From positions 5,702 to 69,701 of the forward strand of contig CBFIIW010000013.1 in assembly GCA_965662775.1 (NCBI GenBank): 64,000 nucleotides of DNA, read 5' to 3'. The DNA is from Alphaproteobacteria bacterium. GTDB lineage: Bacteria > Pseudomonadota > Alphaproteobacteria > UBA7985. The first letter of the stretch is position 1; each line of letters starts with the position of its first letter. The translations under genes were made by a program, and so were the position numbers. Shown piece by piece: positions 51,555 to 60,132 of this stretch. The notes beneath the pieces are model-generated. The model ran no database searches. It worked only from the letters and a program-made list of their open reading frames with translations, and was not told the DNA's origin.

Positions 51555-52919
51555 TCAGTCCAACTCGCTCGGCATTGGCTGGCCGTGGCGGCTGAACAAT
51601 TCGGCCTGGCGAGCCTCCATCGCATCTACGTCGAACTCAGTGATCAGTTCGGTAAACATCTGGTGCCAGTTCATCTCAGCGTTAAGGTGCATGAACACTG
51701 AGCCCAAGCCGACCGCCGCGCGATCCATGAAAACGAATTCTCGGGGCAGCTTGACCCCGCCAACGCGCTTGAGCTCCTGATGCACGTCACGGGCGACCGC
51801 CGCGCCATACTCACCTGAGTTGGTGTCAGAGATCAGCCGTGGCTTGTCTTCCAGCAGCGGTGAGAAAATGAACCCGGCCCACATATGCAGAACGTCGATC
51901 AATTCGCGCCGGATATCGCGGAAACCCCACGCTTCATAGGCTGACACGGCAAGGGCTTCATCGCCGGTTTGCAGTGCCTGGTACAGGTCGATTACGCCCT
52001 TAACGAAACGTGCGGGGAAGAACCGCACACAGCCGAAGTCGAGCATATTGATACCCAGGTCTTCGCGGATCGAGTAGTTGCCGAAGTGCGGGTCGCCATG
52101 GATAACGCCGTAGTTATAGAATGGCACATACCAGGCTCGGAACATGTTGCGGGCGACAGTCTGGCGCTGCTCCTCGCTAGGTTCTGCACGGATGAAGTCC
52201 ATCAAAGGTGTACCTTCGACCCAGGTCATCGTCAGCAATCGCTGCGTGGAAACCTCGTGATGAACCGGCGGTATATGCACGTTGCTCTCGTCGTGCAGCA
52301 TTTCGGCGTAAAGCCCCAGATGCCGCGCCTCCCGGATATAGTCTAATTCCTCGCGCAGTCGCGCAGACAACTCCTCGAATACGCCCGAAGGGTCAATCGC
52401 CTTGTCGTAACTGCGGTACAGGCCAAAAGCCCAGGCTAGCTGACGCAGGTCGGCTTCGACTGCACTGGACATGTCCGGATATTGCAGCTTGCAAGCAACC
52501 TTGGTGCCGTCGTGCAGCACTGCGCGGTGCACTTGGCCCAGAGACGCAGCAGCAGCGGCCGTGCGCTCGAAGTCGGAGAACCGGTCCAGCCAGTCGTTGC
52601 CCAATTCTGCCTTCATGCGCCGTTTGACGAAGGTCCAGCCCATAGCGGGGGCATTGGACTGCAACTGACGAAGATCTTCGGCGTATTCTTTAGGCAGGGC
52701 GTCAGGGATAGACGCGAGCAGCTGGGCTGCCTTCATCAGCGGCCCTTTGAGATCACCCAGCGCGTCCTTCAGGGCTGAAGCATGGCGTGTCTGGTCAAGT
52801 TTGGTGCCGAGCACGCGGTTAGCACCCAGCTGGACCGCCAGTCCGCCCAAAGATGTTCCAACCCGCGTATAGCGACGCAGGCGGCTGCCAAGGCGGTTTT
52901 CGTCCATTCGATCTGTCAT
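51555..52919 (-). CDS. ABC1/UbiB/COQ8-like atypical kinase
   Basis: K.AQ (KxGQ-like), AAASLGQVH, KLQYP, HGDPH.GN and DFG motifs. Start inferred. Confidence 0.92.
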   Translation of the reverse strand: MTDRMDENRLGSRLRRYTRVGTSLGGLAVQLGANRVLGTKLDQTRHASALKDALGDLKGPLMKAAQLLASIPDALPKEYAEDLRQLQSNAPAMGWTFVKRRMKAELGNDWLDRFSDFERTAAAAASLGQVHRAVLHDGTKVACKLQYPDMSSAVEADLRQLAWAFGLYRSYDKAIDPSGVFEELSARLREELDYIREARHLGLYAEMLHDESNVHIPPVHHEVSTQRLLTMTWVEGTPLMDFIRAEPSEEQRQTVARNMFRAWYVPFYNYGVIHGDPHFGNYSIREDLGINMLDFGCVRFFPARFVKGVIDLYQALQTGDEALAVSAYEAWGFRDIRRELIDVLHMWAGFIFSPLLEDKPRLISDTNSGEYGAAVARDVHQELKRVGGVKLPREFVFMDRAAVGLGSVFMHLNAEMNWHQMFTELITEFDVDAMEARQAELFSRHGQPMPSELD

Positions 52920-53056
52920 AAGGACGATATGGCGCAATCATCGTGGATTTGCAGCCCAAATTCAGATGTCTGGGCTGCGACTCATTCGACCCTGAGGCGA
53001 AGTGAGGCGCGATGTTCTCACGGCGGCTAATCGCCAGCACGCCCAGCACTATGCGG

Positions 53057-54889
53057 TCAAAGGGATTCTAGTTCGTCGATGAAGCTCTCCAGCAAGCTCA
53101 AACCCTGCTGCCAGAAACTTGGCTCCCGCGCGTCGAGGCCAAAGGGCGACAGCAATTCGTGATGCCGCAAGGTGCCACCTGCTCCGAGCATATCCATATA
53201 CTTGGCGGCGAAGCCGTCTCCACTGTTCTGGTAGACGGCGTAGAGCGAGTTCACCAGACAGTCCCCAAAGGCATAGGCGTAGACGTAGAAAGGCACGTGG
53301 ATGAAATGCGGGATGTAAGACCAGTAGTCGCCGTAGACGCTTTGTTCGAGGTTAAAAGCTGGTCCGAGGGCTTCGACTTGTGTCTCCATCCAGTGTCGCT
53401 GGAAATCTTCGCGCAGCAGTTCCTTTTCCTGCCGTGTTGTGTGGACGCGCGTCTCAAAGTTGTGGAAAGCGATCTGCCGCACCACAGTATTGAGCATGTC
53501 CTCTACCTTGCCCGCGAGTAGGATCTTGCGCTGGGTCTTGTTGCTGGCATCGGCAAGCAGGCTCTGAAAGGTCAGCATCTCGCCAAAGACAGAGGCCGTC
53601 TCGGCCAGCGTCAGCGGGGTTGAACCGTTGAAGTAGCCTTGCTGGGCCGCTAGCACCTGATGCACACCGTGACCCAGCTCGTGTGCGAGGGTCATCACGT
53701 CCCGTGTTTTGCCCTGGTAGTTCACCAGCACGTAGGGGTGGGATGATGGCACGCATGGATGAGCAAAGGCGCCCGCGTCCTTGCCTGGGATAACGGGTGT
53801 GTCGATCCAGCCCTTGTCGAAGAAGTTGCCGGCAATCTGCGCCATCGCCGGGGCAAAGCCGGCGTAAGCGTCCAACACGCGGGCCTTGGCGTCGAGCCAG
53901 GGGATCTTGGCCTCGTCAGCCTCGGGTAGCGGTGCGTTGCGGTCCCAGGGTTCGAGCTTTTCCAGTCCCAGCCACTTGGCCTTCATCGCGTAGTAGCGGT
54001 GAGAGATGCGCGGAAACGCTGCCGTCACGGTATCAGCCAGCGCCTGAACCACCTCGTCTTCAACCTCGTTGGCAACGTTGCGCGAGGAAACGGGCCGCTC
54101 ATAACCTCGCCAGCGGTCGTCGATTTCTTTCTGCTTGATGACCGTGTTGTTGATTCGGGTCAGCAAACGCTGGTTTTCACCAAGGGTTTCAGTGATTGCA
54201 GCGGCAGCCTTGGCGCGGGTTTCACGAACGGGGTCGGCGAGTAGGTTGAAGACTTCGGCGTTAGACAATGTTGTTCCGTCGATCTCGAAGCTTAGTGCCG
54301 CCATGGTTTCGTCAAACAACTGCACCCAAGCATTGCCGCCGACCACGGCAAAGTCGTGAGTATAGCGCTCCAATTCGTCAGAGAGCTGATGCGGCTTCAT
54401 CAGCCGGGTACGGGCAACAAAACTGGCCCACGGCTTCATCGCGTCCTGCGCCAGCATGCTGGTCATCACTGTGTCGCTGATGTCGTTGAGTTCGAGCGAG
54501 AAGAACACCAGCTCCGAACCGATCAGAGTCGACCGCTCATTGATGCGGGCCTGAAACTGCATGGCCTCACCATCTGTGCGCTGGGTGGCGCCATTGAGAA
54601 AGGCAAAGGTGCCGAGCTTCCCCAGCCGTTCGTGGATGCTTTCGTACCAGACGATGGTCTCGGCCAACTTCTCTGCGGACATGTTCGCCATCTGCCCTTT
54701 CGCCGTTGAGGATAGCGATCGGGCCTGCGTTTCGGCCCAGTCCAGATCCTCTTCGATCCGTGGGTCTTCGGTACTGGAATAGAGGTCATCGAGCTTCCAG
54801 CGTGGGAGCGTGCCAAGGGCAGCGTCTTCCACGGGGCTCAGGTCACTATTGGCATCACGGGGCAGGGTGTGTGCTTGGAAAGCAGTCAT
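53057..54889 (-). CDS. M3B oligoendopeptidase F
   Basis: TLAHELGHGVH, LAETASVFGE and HF...PFYVYAYAFG motifs. Confidence 0.95.
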   Translation of the reverse strand: MTAFQAHTLPRDANSDLSPVEDAALGTLPRWKLDDLYSSTEDPRIEEDLDWAETQARSLSSTAKGQMANMSAEKLAETIVWYESIHERLGKLGTFAFLNGATQRTDGEAMQFQARINERSTLIGSELVFFSLELNDISDTVMTSMLAQDAMKPWASFVARTRLMKPHQLSDELERYTHDFAVVGGNAWVQLFDETMAALSFEIDGTTLSNAEVFNLLADPVRETRAKAAAAITETLGENQRLLTRINNTVIKQKEIDDRWRGYERPVSSRNVANEVEDEVVQALADTVTAAFPRISHRYYAMKAKWLGLEKLEPWDRNAPLPEADEAKIPWLDAKARVLDAYAGFAPAMAQIAGNFFDKGWIDTPVIPGKDAGAFAHPCVPSSHPYVLVNYQGKTRDVMTLAHELGHGVHQVLAAQQGYFNGSTPLTLAETASVFGEMLTFQSLLADASNKTQRKILLAGKVEDMLNTVVRQIAFHNFETRVHTTRQEKELLREDFQRHWMETQVEALGPAFNLEQSVYGDYWSYIPHFIHVPFYVYAYAFGDCLVNSLYAVYQNSGDGFAAKYMDMLGAGGTLRHHELLSPFGLDAREPSFWQQGLSLLESFIDELESL

Positions 54890-55037
54890 GGTTCCAGATC
54901 AGGCTCAGAAGGTTTTAGAGGGACGTGGAAACCAACATGGCCCGGACCGCGGGGCGCGGCAAGCTCTTGAGCAAATGCGTATCGTGCTGTGACAAGAGGC
55001 GTCGCATTACCGACGCCTCTTGCCTCGTCTCGGAGTG

Positions 55038-55676
55038 TCATCCGTTCTCGCGGTTGAACGCCGCAAAAATGCCTTCGGGGATCACGGCCTTGGGCTGGTT
55101 CTCATCGAACATCGCTTGATTGCTCTCGGCTTTGGCGGCGGCCTCAGGGTTAGCCGCAGCGGCCTTGGCCAATGCTGCGTCGAGGTCGGCCTGGCGACAG
55201 ATGCCCAGCAGCACGGGGTCACGCGGCTGCAGATTGGCCATATTCCAGTGCGTGCGCTCGCGGATCGCGCCGATGGTGTTCTTGGTCGTGCCCACCAGCT
55301 TGATGATCTGTGCATCGGACAGGTGCGGGTATGTTTTCACCAGCCACGCGATGGCATCGGGTTTTTCCTGCCGTCGGGCAACAGGCGTGTAACGTGGACC
55401 TTTGGTGCGGCGTGATAGCTCAGGCATGTCGCTGACGGCCAGTTCGAGGCTGGCTTCATCATCGGCTTCGCAGCGCTTGATCTCGTCTTCGGTCAGTTGC
55501 CCGTTCTTGGTCGGGTCCTGACCCATGATGCCACGCGCGACGTCGCCATCAGCGATTCCTTTGACTTCGAGTTTGTGCAGGTGACAGAAATTGGCAATTT
55601 GCTCAAACGAAAGGGCGGTGTGGTCGACCAACCAGACGGCGGTTGCTTTGGGCATCAGTGGGGGTTGCTGGGCCAT
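55038..55676 (-). CDS. trcR: DUF1013 family (TrcR-like) cell-cycle regulator
   Basis: PLMPKATAVWLVD.T.LSF.QIA.FC, RYTP...RQ.KP and RTHWN motifs. Confidence 0.85.
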   Translation of the reverse strand: MAQQPPLMPKATAVWLVDHTALSFEQIANFCHLHKLEVKGIADGDVARGIMGQDPTKNGQLTEDEIKRCEADDEASLELAVSDMPELSRRTKGPRYTPVARRQEKPDAIAWLVKTYPHLSDAQIIKLVGTTKNTIGAIRERTHWNMANLQPRDPVLLGICRQADLDAALAKAAAANPEAAAKAESNQAMFDENQPKAVIPEGIFAAFNRENG

Positions 55677-55797
55677 GCCACGCTCCTGTGTGCTTCCGGT
55701 ATTGGGGAGATTACTGCCTGATATAAGGGACTTGGGCCGGGAAATAAATGCTTAACGGACGCACGACTGCCGGGCGCTGGCTGCGCGCGCTGTGAAT

Positions 55798-56718
55798 TTA
55801 AAGCTCGATATACAGGCCGCGACCAGGCTGGTGGCCGCCTTGCGGATCCACCGCAATCACCCGAGAGGCAGATTCGACGGCAGCGCAGGCAGCGCTATCC
55901 AGCCCTTCTTCGCAGGCTTGTTGGGCAAAGGAGGTTGCAATATCTGCCCAGGCCTGAGCCTTCTCTGCCGTGTCGCTGAGCGCAGGCGATACACGCAGAT
56001 CGAGCCGCCGTTCGTTGCGTGCAATGTGAAACATCACCTGAGCGGGACGGGCATCCTGGTCCATACCGGCGATGGCGTAGACGGCTTCTGGCGTTGACAG
56101 CAGAAACCTTCGGCGAAGGGGCGTCGGGGTCAGCCACTGTCCCAATCGAGTGGTCAGCAGTGCGACCATAACCGCGGAGAACACCAGCACCTGAAACCAC
56201 ATCACGCCGAACAGGCTACGATCGGAACCCACCAGCATATATCCCACGGTCGAAGCCACCAGCGCGGCGAACACAACGAACAGCCAGCGGGTCCGCGACC
56301 GGCCCGAGGCGAGAGCGACCACCAGATCACCTTTCGCCTGATCTGAGCCGGCATACAGCGCGTTTTTGATCCGTCCGTGGTCAAGGCGACGTTGTCGCAC
56401 GCCGCCACGCGACCATGTTTTTACAATCTGTAGGGTGCCATCGGGCCAGTTCACCTGCGTCGAGCGCAAAAGGGCGGTCCATTCCTTCCCACGCGTGAGG
56501 AAATAAGACCCGCCGAAGACGATGATCAGCAAACCTGGCGCCAGTAGAACGGAGAGAAAATCAGGGGCCGGCCAGCCTTCGGGGCGGAAAAACAGCGCCC
56601 AGCCCAACCCTAGCGCCGATAGCCCGAGAATAAGAGTTACCATCCATCGTGTGCCGCCCTCCTCCTTCGAGGTGGTTTCATCAATTTCGTGATCATCGTC
56701 GATGATGGGATTGTTCAC
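55798..56718 (-). CDS. Membrane protein with a divergent TPM-like (COG3762-type) C-terminal part
   Basis: Four TM helices; DHGRIKNAL....Q..GDLVVALA and VMFHIA.NERRLDL...W..I... resemble COG3762. Start inferred (GTG). Confidence 0.55.
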   Translation of the reverse strand: MNNPIIDDDHEIDETTSKEEGGTRWMVTLILGLSALGLGWALFFRPEGWPAPDFLSVLLAPGLLIIVFGGSYFLTRGKEWTALLRSTQVNWPDGTLQIVKTWSRGGVRQRRLDHGRIKNALYAGSDQAKGDLVVALASGRSRTRWLFVVFAALVASTVGYMLVGSDRSLFGVMWFQVLVFSAVMVALLTTRLGQWLTPTPLRRRFLLSTPEAVYAIAGMDQDARPAQVMFHIARNERRLDLRVSPALSDTAEKAQAWADIATSFAQQACEEGLDSAACAAVESASRVIAVDPQGGHQPGRGLYIEL

Positions 56719-56766
56719 CCGGTGGGTCCGCTGCGTTGTTGATATCAAAAACCGGCATTCAGACAT

Positions 56767-56796
56767 AACAAAGCCGGGTCGCCATGACGACCCGGC
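56767..56796 (-). terminator. Intrinsic terminator after ibpA
   Basis: GCCGGGTCG-tcatgg-CGACCCGGC-TTTGTT on the minus strand. Confidence 0.7.
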
Positions 56797-56835
56797 AGTT
56801 ATTCACTTGAGAGGCGAAAATGAAGGCTGCGCGGT

Positions 56836-57363
56836 TTAGGCCGCTTTGGTCTTTGCAGTCTTGCTGGCCGGGACAGCCTTGACGGCAGTTTCATCCGCCT
56901 CAATCACCCGGGTTCCTCCGGTCCCAGCACCGGCGTCGATCTTCACCAGACGAGGGCGCAGCGCTTCAGGCACCTCACGCACAAGCTCGACATGGAGAAG
57001 GCCATTTTCCAGCGTCGCGCCCGCGACACGGATATGTTCAGCCAAATGGAAGCGCCGCTCGAAGGCGCGGGTGGCTATGCCGCGGTGCAGGTAGTGCGTG
57101 CTCGCGTCATCATCTACCTTCTCCCCCTGCCGACCGCGCACGGTCAGTGCTTGATCCTGAATTTCAATTTCGAGGTCATCGAGGGTAAAGCCAGCCACGG
57201 CCATGGTGATGCGATAAGCCTCATCAGACTGTCGCTCAATGTTGTATGGCGGGTAGGTGTTCGCCGGGTTCGCGTCCATGCGGGATGCTGTTTCCAACAT
57301 CGAAGTCATGCGGTCAAAACCAACGGAAGAACGGAAAAGTGGGGTAAGATCCAGTGTACGCAC
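56836..57363 (-). CDS. ibpA: Small heat shock protein (Hsp20, IbpA class)
   Basis: DLTPLFRSSVGFDR, YPPYNIE, YLHRGIA.RAFER.F and NGLL motifs; GTG start with AAGGAGG SD. Confidence 0.95.
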   Translation of the reverse strand: MRTLDLTPLFRSSVGFDRMTSMLETASRMDANPANTYPPYNIERQSDEAYRITMAVAGFTLDDLEIEIQDQALTVRGRQGEKVDDDASTHYLHRGIATRAFERRFHLAEHIRVAGATLENGLLHVELVREVPEALRPRLVKIDAGAGTGGTRVIEADETAVKAVPASKTAKTKAA

Positions 57364-57470
57364 TGAGGCCTCCTTAAACTTAAGCAAGGTGTGTGTGACC
57401 GAGCCTTGCAATTGCAACAGCCCGTATCGGCGGTGAATGGCCCTCAATTTGAGCGACCGGCCCGCTGACA
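57364..57470 (-). promoter_or_regulatory. ROSE-type RNA thermometer in the ibpA 5'UTR
   Basis: SD hairpin CCUUGCUUA-AGUU-UAAGGAGG (57369-57389) with the U(U/C)GCU anti-SD and bulged G; upstream CTTG-N18-CTTACGT sigma32-like promoter at 57478-57506. Confidence 0.8.
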
Positions 57471-57553
57471 CCTAAGTACGTAAGGAGGAGGTAAATGGTT
57501 CGCAAGGGGCGGGCTTTAAAAAATACAAGCGCCCCTTTTCGTGTCCGGCTGAA

Positions 57554-57781
57554 TTAGACCTTGAGGCCTGACATGAAGCCGAATTTGTCATTGAACTTAC
57601 CGACCTGTCCGCCGCTGTCGAGCATACGCTGCACGCCAGTCCATGCCGGGTGCGACTTCGGGTCGATGTCCAGACGCAGGGTGTCGCCGGGAGCCCCGTA
57701 GGTCGAACGCGTGGTGAACGCGCTGCCGTCGGTCATGACGACTGTAATTTCATGGTACTCAGGGTGAATATCCGCCTTCAT
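57554..57781 (-). CDS. rpmE: 50S ribosomal protein L31 (no zinc-binding Cys)
   Basis: [10 protein letters not shown]...[13 protein letters not shown]. Confidence 0.97.
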   Translation of the reverse strand: MKADIHPEYHEITVVMTDGSAFTTRSTYGAPGDTLRLDIDPKSHPAWTGVQRMLDSGGQVGKFNDKFGFMSGLKV

Positions 57782-57831
57782 GGCGCGACTCCCGTAATCA
57801 ATGCGTCAACTGATAAACATAAGAGCCGTGG

Positions 57832-60132
57832 TTAACGCGGTGCGAGGATGAATTCAATACGTCTGTTGAGCTGGTCTGCCTCCAACTTAGCGAAACCCGT
57901 CAGTTCGTTTGCATCGACCAGCGGCAATGTCTCGCCGTAAGAGGATGCCAGAAGCTGGGCCGGGGCCAGTGCCGCCGTGGTGGCCAGCAGGGCCGCCCGC
58001 ACGGCTTCGGCCCGCAAGAAGCCGAGCTGGATATTGTTGCGGAAGCCGCCGGAGAAACCGGCATTAACCGGTGTCTGGTCCGTATGTCCCTCGATCCGGA
58101 TGACCCAGTCCAGATCCGGGGGCAGGCGTCGCGTAAGCTCGACAAGATCCTCGGCGATCAAGGCCAGCTGCACAATCGAGTCGTCCGCAATCTCATATGA
58201 TCCCAACTCGAACTGGATCTTCTCGCGCGAAATGAAGCGGACCTGGGTCAGCGTTTCGTCCCCAACAGTGCTGGTTTCTTCCTGCACTACGATACCATCC
58301 AGCCCGGTTGCCGCGACCCGCGCAGCGAAGGCGAAGCTTGACTGCGCCCGGGACAGGATCGCGTCACGTTGTTCCAGTGCGGCGGTCAGCTCCTTTTCCA
58401 GAGCCAGCTGATCAGCCAGCGCCGCTGCCATGTCCAGGTTTGCATCTTCCAGCGCCTGACTTTGGGAGCGGAGGGTCGCATTGCGCTCGATCAGAGCGAC
58501 TTCGATCTTCGCCAGCTTCTGTCGAACGTCGAACAGTTGTGCGTTGAGCATATCGATCTCGGCACGGGCATCGCTGAGCTGAGTGCGGCTTACCGCTGTG
58601 TTGTTCTCCGCCGCTTGTAGCTGAGCGGTGAGCTGTTGGATTTGCAGATCCTTACTCTCAATCCGTGCATAGGATGTGCTGATATCAAGCTCAGCCGCTG
58701 CGAGGACGTTGGTCTGCTCGGTCAGCTGCGCGTCTAAGGCCGCAATCTGGGCAATGGCCTTTTCCAGCTCGGTCTGGTTAACCGAGCGCTGCTCGATCAG
58801 GTTTTGCAGGTCGGATTCGCCCCGGGCGAGCTGCAGCAGCACCTGATCGAGTTGTTCAGCGCGGGTCTCCAGCTCTTCTGAACGGGCATCAAGCGATGCT
58901 TGTAAGGTGGCCTGTTGTGCCTCGGCCGCTTGCAGTGTCAGCACCAGTTCTGCAATTCGGGCTTCGTAGTTATCAACCGTGTCCGCAAGCTCCCGGTCGC
59001 GATCGCCCAGCGATGCGCGCAGCGTACTGATGGCCTCTTCGAATGACAGGATCGATGCCTGCATGCCGTTGACCCGCGATTGCAGGTCGTCCCGCACGTC
59101 CGTCAGCACCTGAATCTCCGCCACTTTGGCTTCGATCGTAAATTCATTGACCGTTATGGCTTCATTTGCGGCAACAAGGTCACGGCTCACCTCGGCATTG
59201 CGCGCCCGCAATTGGGCCATGGCAATCTGGTCGTCGACCAGCGCTTGTTCCGCCTCAGAAAGCTGGCTGCGGGCATCGATCAGCGTGCCGAGTAGGATGT
59301 TAAGCTCTGACTGCTTCTGCTCTGCTAGTGCAAACATCGCTTCCATCAGATCCTGGGTCGTTTGCACCGTAGCTTTCAATCGCGCGGCGCGGTCGGGGGC
59401 GACGGTCCCCAGATCAGCTTCAGGGTCGGCCGGAATGCGTTCGGCGAGGCGCAGCAGCAGTTCGCGTTCATCCTCATCCGCGACTGATGGGGCGAGGTTC
59501 TGGATGCTGGCAAGAAAGGCGTCACGTACAGTCACGAAGCGCTCCAGATTGCGCTCCTGATTGACGTCGGCTTCGGCGATGGTTTCTTCCATAGCCTCGG
59601 TCAGATAGCCGTCATCCCGAACCCGCTGGATCAGCGCGACCCGCTGCGCCTCAGCCTGTTCCAGCACCTCTTGAGCCAGCACCATATCGTCGGCCATCTT
59701 GCTGTTTTCGGCACGGAGCTGACGATTTTCCAGTTCGGACTGTGCCAGCCGTTGGAGCAGGGTGCGTTCCTCGTCGCGCAGATCGTCGACATTGCCAGAC
59801 AGCGCCTGGACTTCGTCCTGCGACGCAGAAAGATTGTCGACCAGGTTGTTTCGCTCTCCCCGCAGCGTGGCCAATTCCAACAGGACCGCGTCCAGTTCAT
59901 TGCCCAGTCGCAAGTTTCGTTCCTGCAGCTCGAACTTCTCGAACTCCAACTGCTCGTTCTCGTTCTCCAGCGAGCGGATCTGGGTCACGTTGTCGTTGAG
60001 CTGTGTGGACAGGAACTGCTGCGCAAAAATGAACACGACCAGAACAAAGATCACCACCATGACCAGCGTGGTCAGAGCATCGACAAAGCCCGGCCAGATG
60101 TTAACGCGATTTCGGCGCGGTCGGCGTGCCAT
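57832..60132 (-). CDS. MotB-like protein: TM helix with Asp, ~550-aa coiled coil, OmpA-like peptidoglycan-binding domain
   Basis: WPGFVDALTTL TM; IRIEGHTD, N.QL...RA, SYGE..P and NRRIEF motifs. Confidence 0.88.
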   Translation of the reverse strand: MARRPRRNRVNIWPGFVDALTTLVMVVIFVLVVFIFAQQFLSTQLNDNVTQIRSLENENEQLEFEKFELQERNLRLGNELDAVLLELATLRGERNNLVDNLSASQDEVQALSGNVDDLRDEERTLLQRLAQSELENRQLRAENSKMADDMVLAQEVLEQAEAQRVALIQRVRDDGYLTEAMEETIAEADVNQERNLERFVTVRDAFLASIQNLAPSVADEDERELLLRLAERIPADPEADLGTVAPDRAARLKATVQTTQDLMEAMFALAEQKQSELNILLGTLIDARSQLSEAEQALVDDQIAMAQLRARNAEVSRDLVAANEAITVNEFTIEAKVAEIQVLTDVRDDLQSRVNGMQASILSFEEAISTLRASLGDRDRELADTVDNYEARIAELVLTLQAAEAQQATLQASLDARSEELETRAEQLDQVLLQLARGESDLQNLIEQRSVNQTELEKAIAQIAALDAQLTEQTNVLAAAELDISTSYARIESKDLQIQQLTAQLQAAENNTAVSRTQLSDARAEIDMLNAQLFDVRQKLAKIEVALIERNATLRSQSQALEDANLDMAAALADQLALEKELTAALEQRDAILSRAQSSFAFAARVAATGLDGIVVQEETSTVGDETLTQVRFISREKIQFELGSYEIADDSIVQLALIAEDLVELTRRLPPDLDWVIRIEGHTDQTPVNAGFSGGFRNNIQLGFLRAEAVRAALLATTAALAPAQLLASSYGETLPLVDANELTGFAKLEADQLNRRIEFILAPR

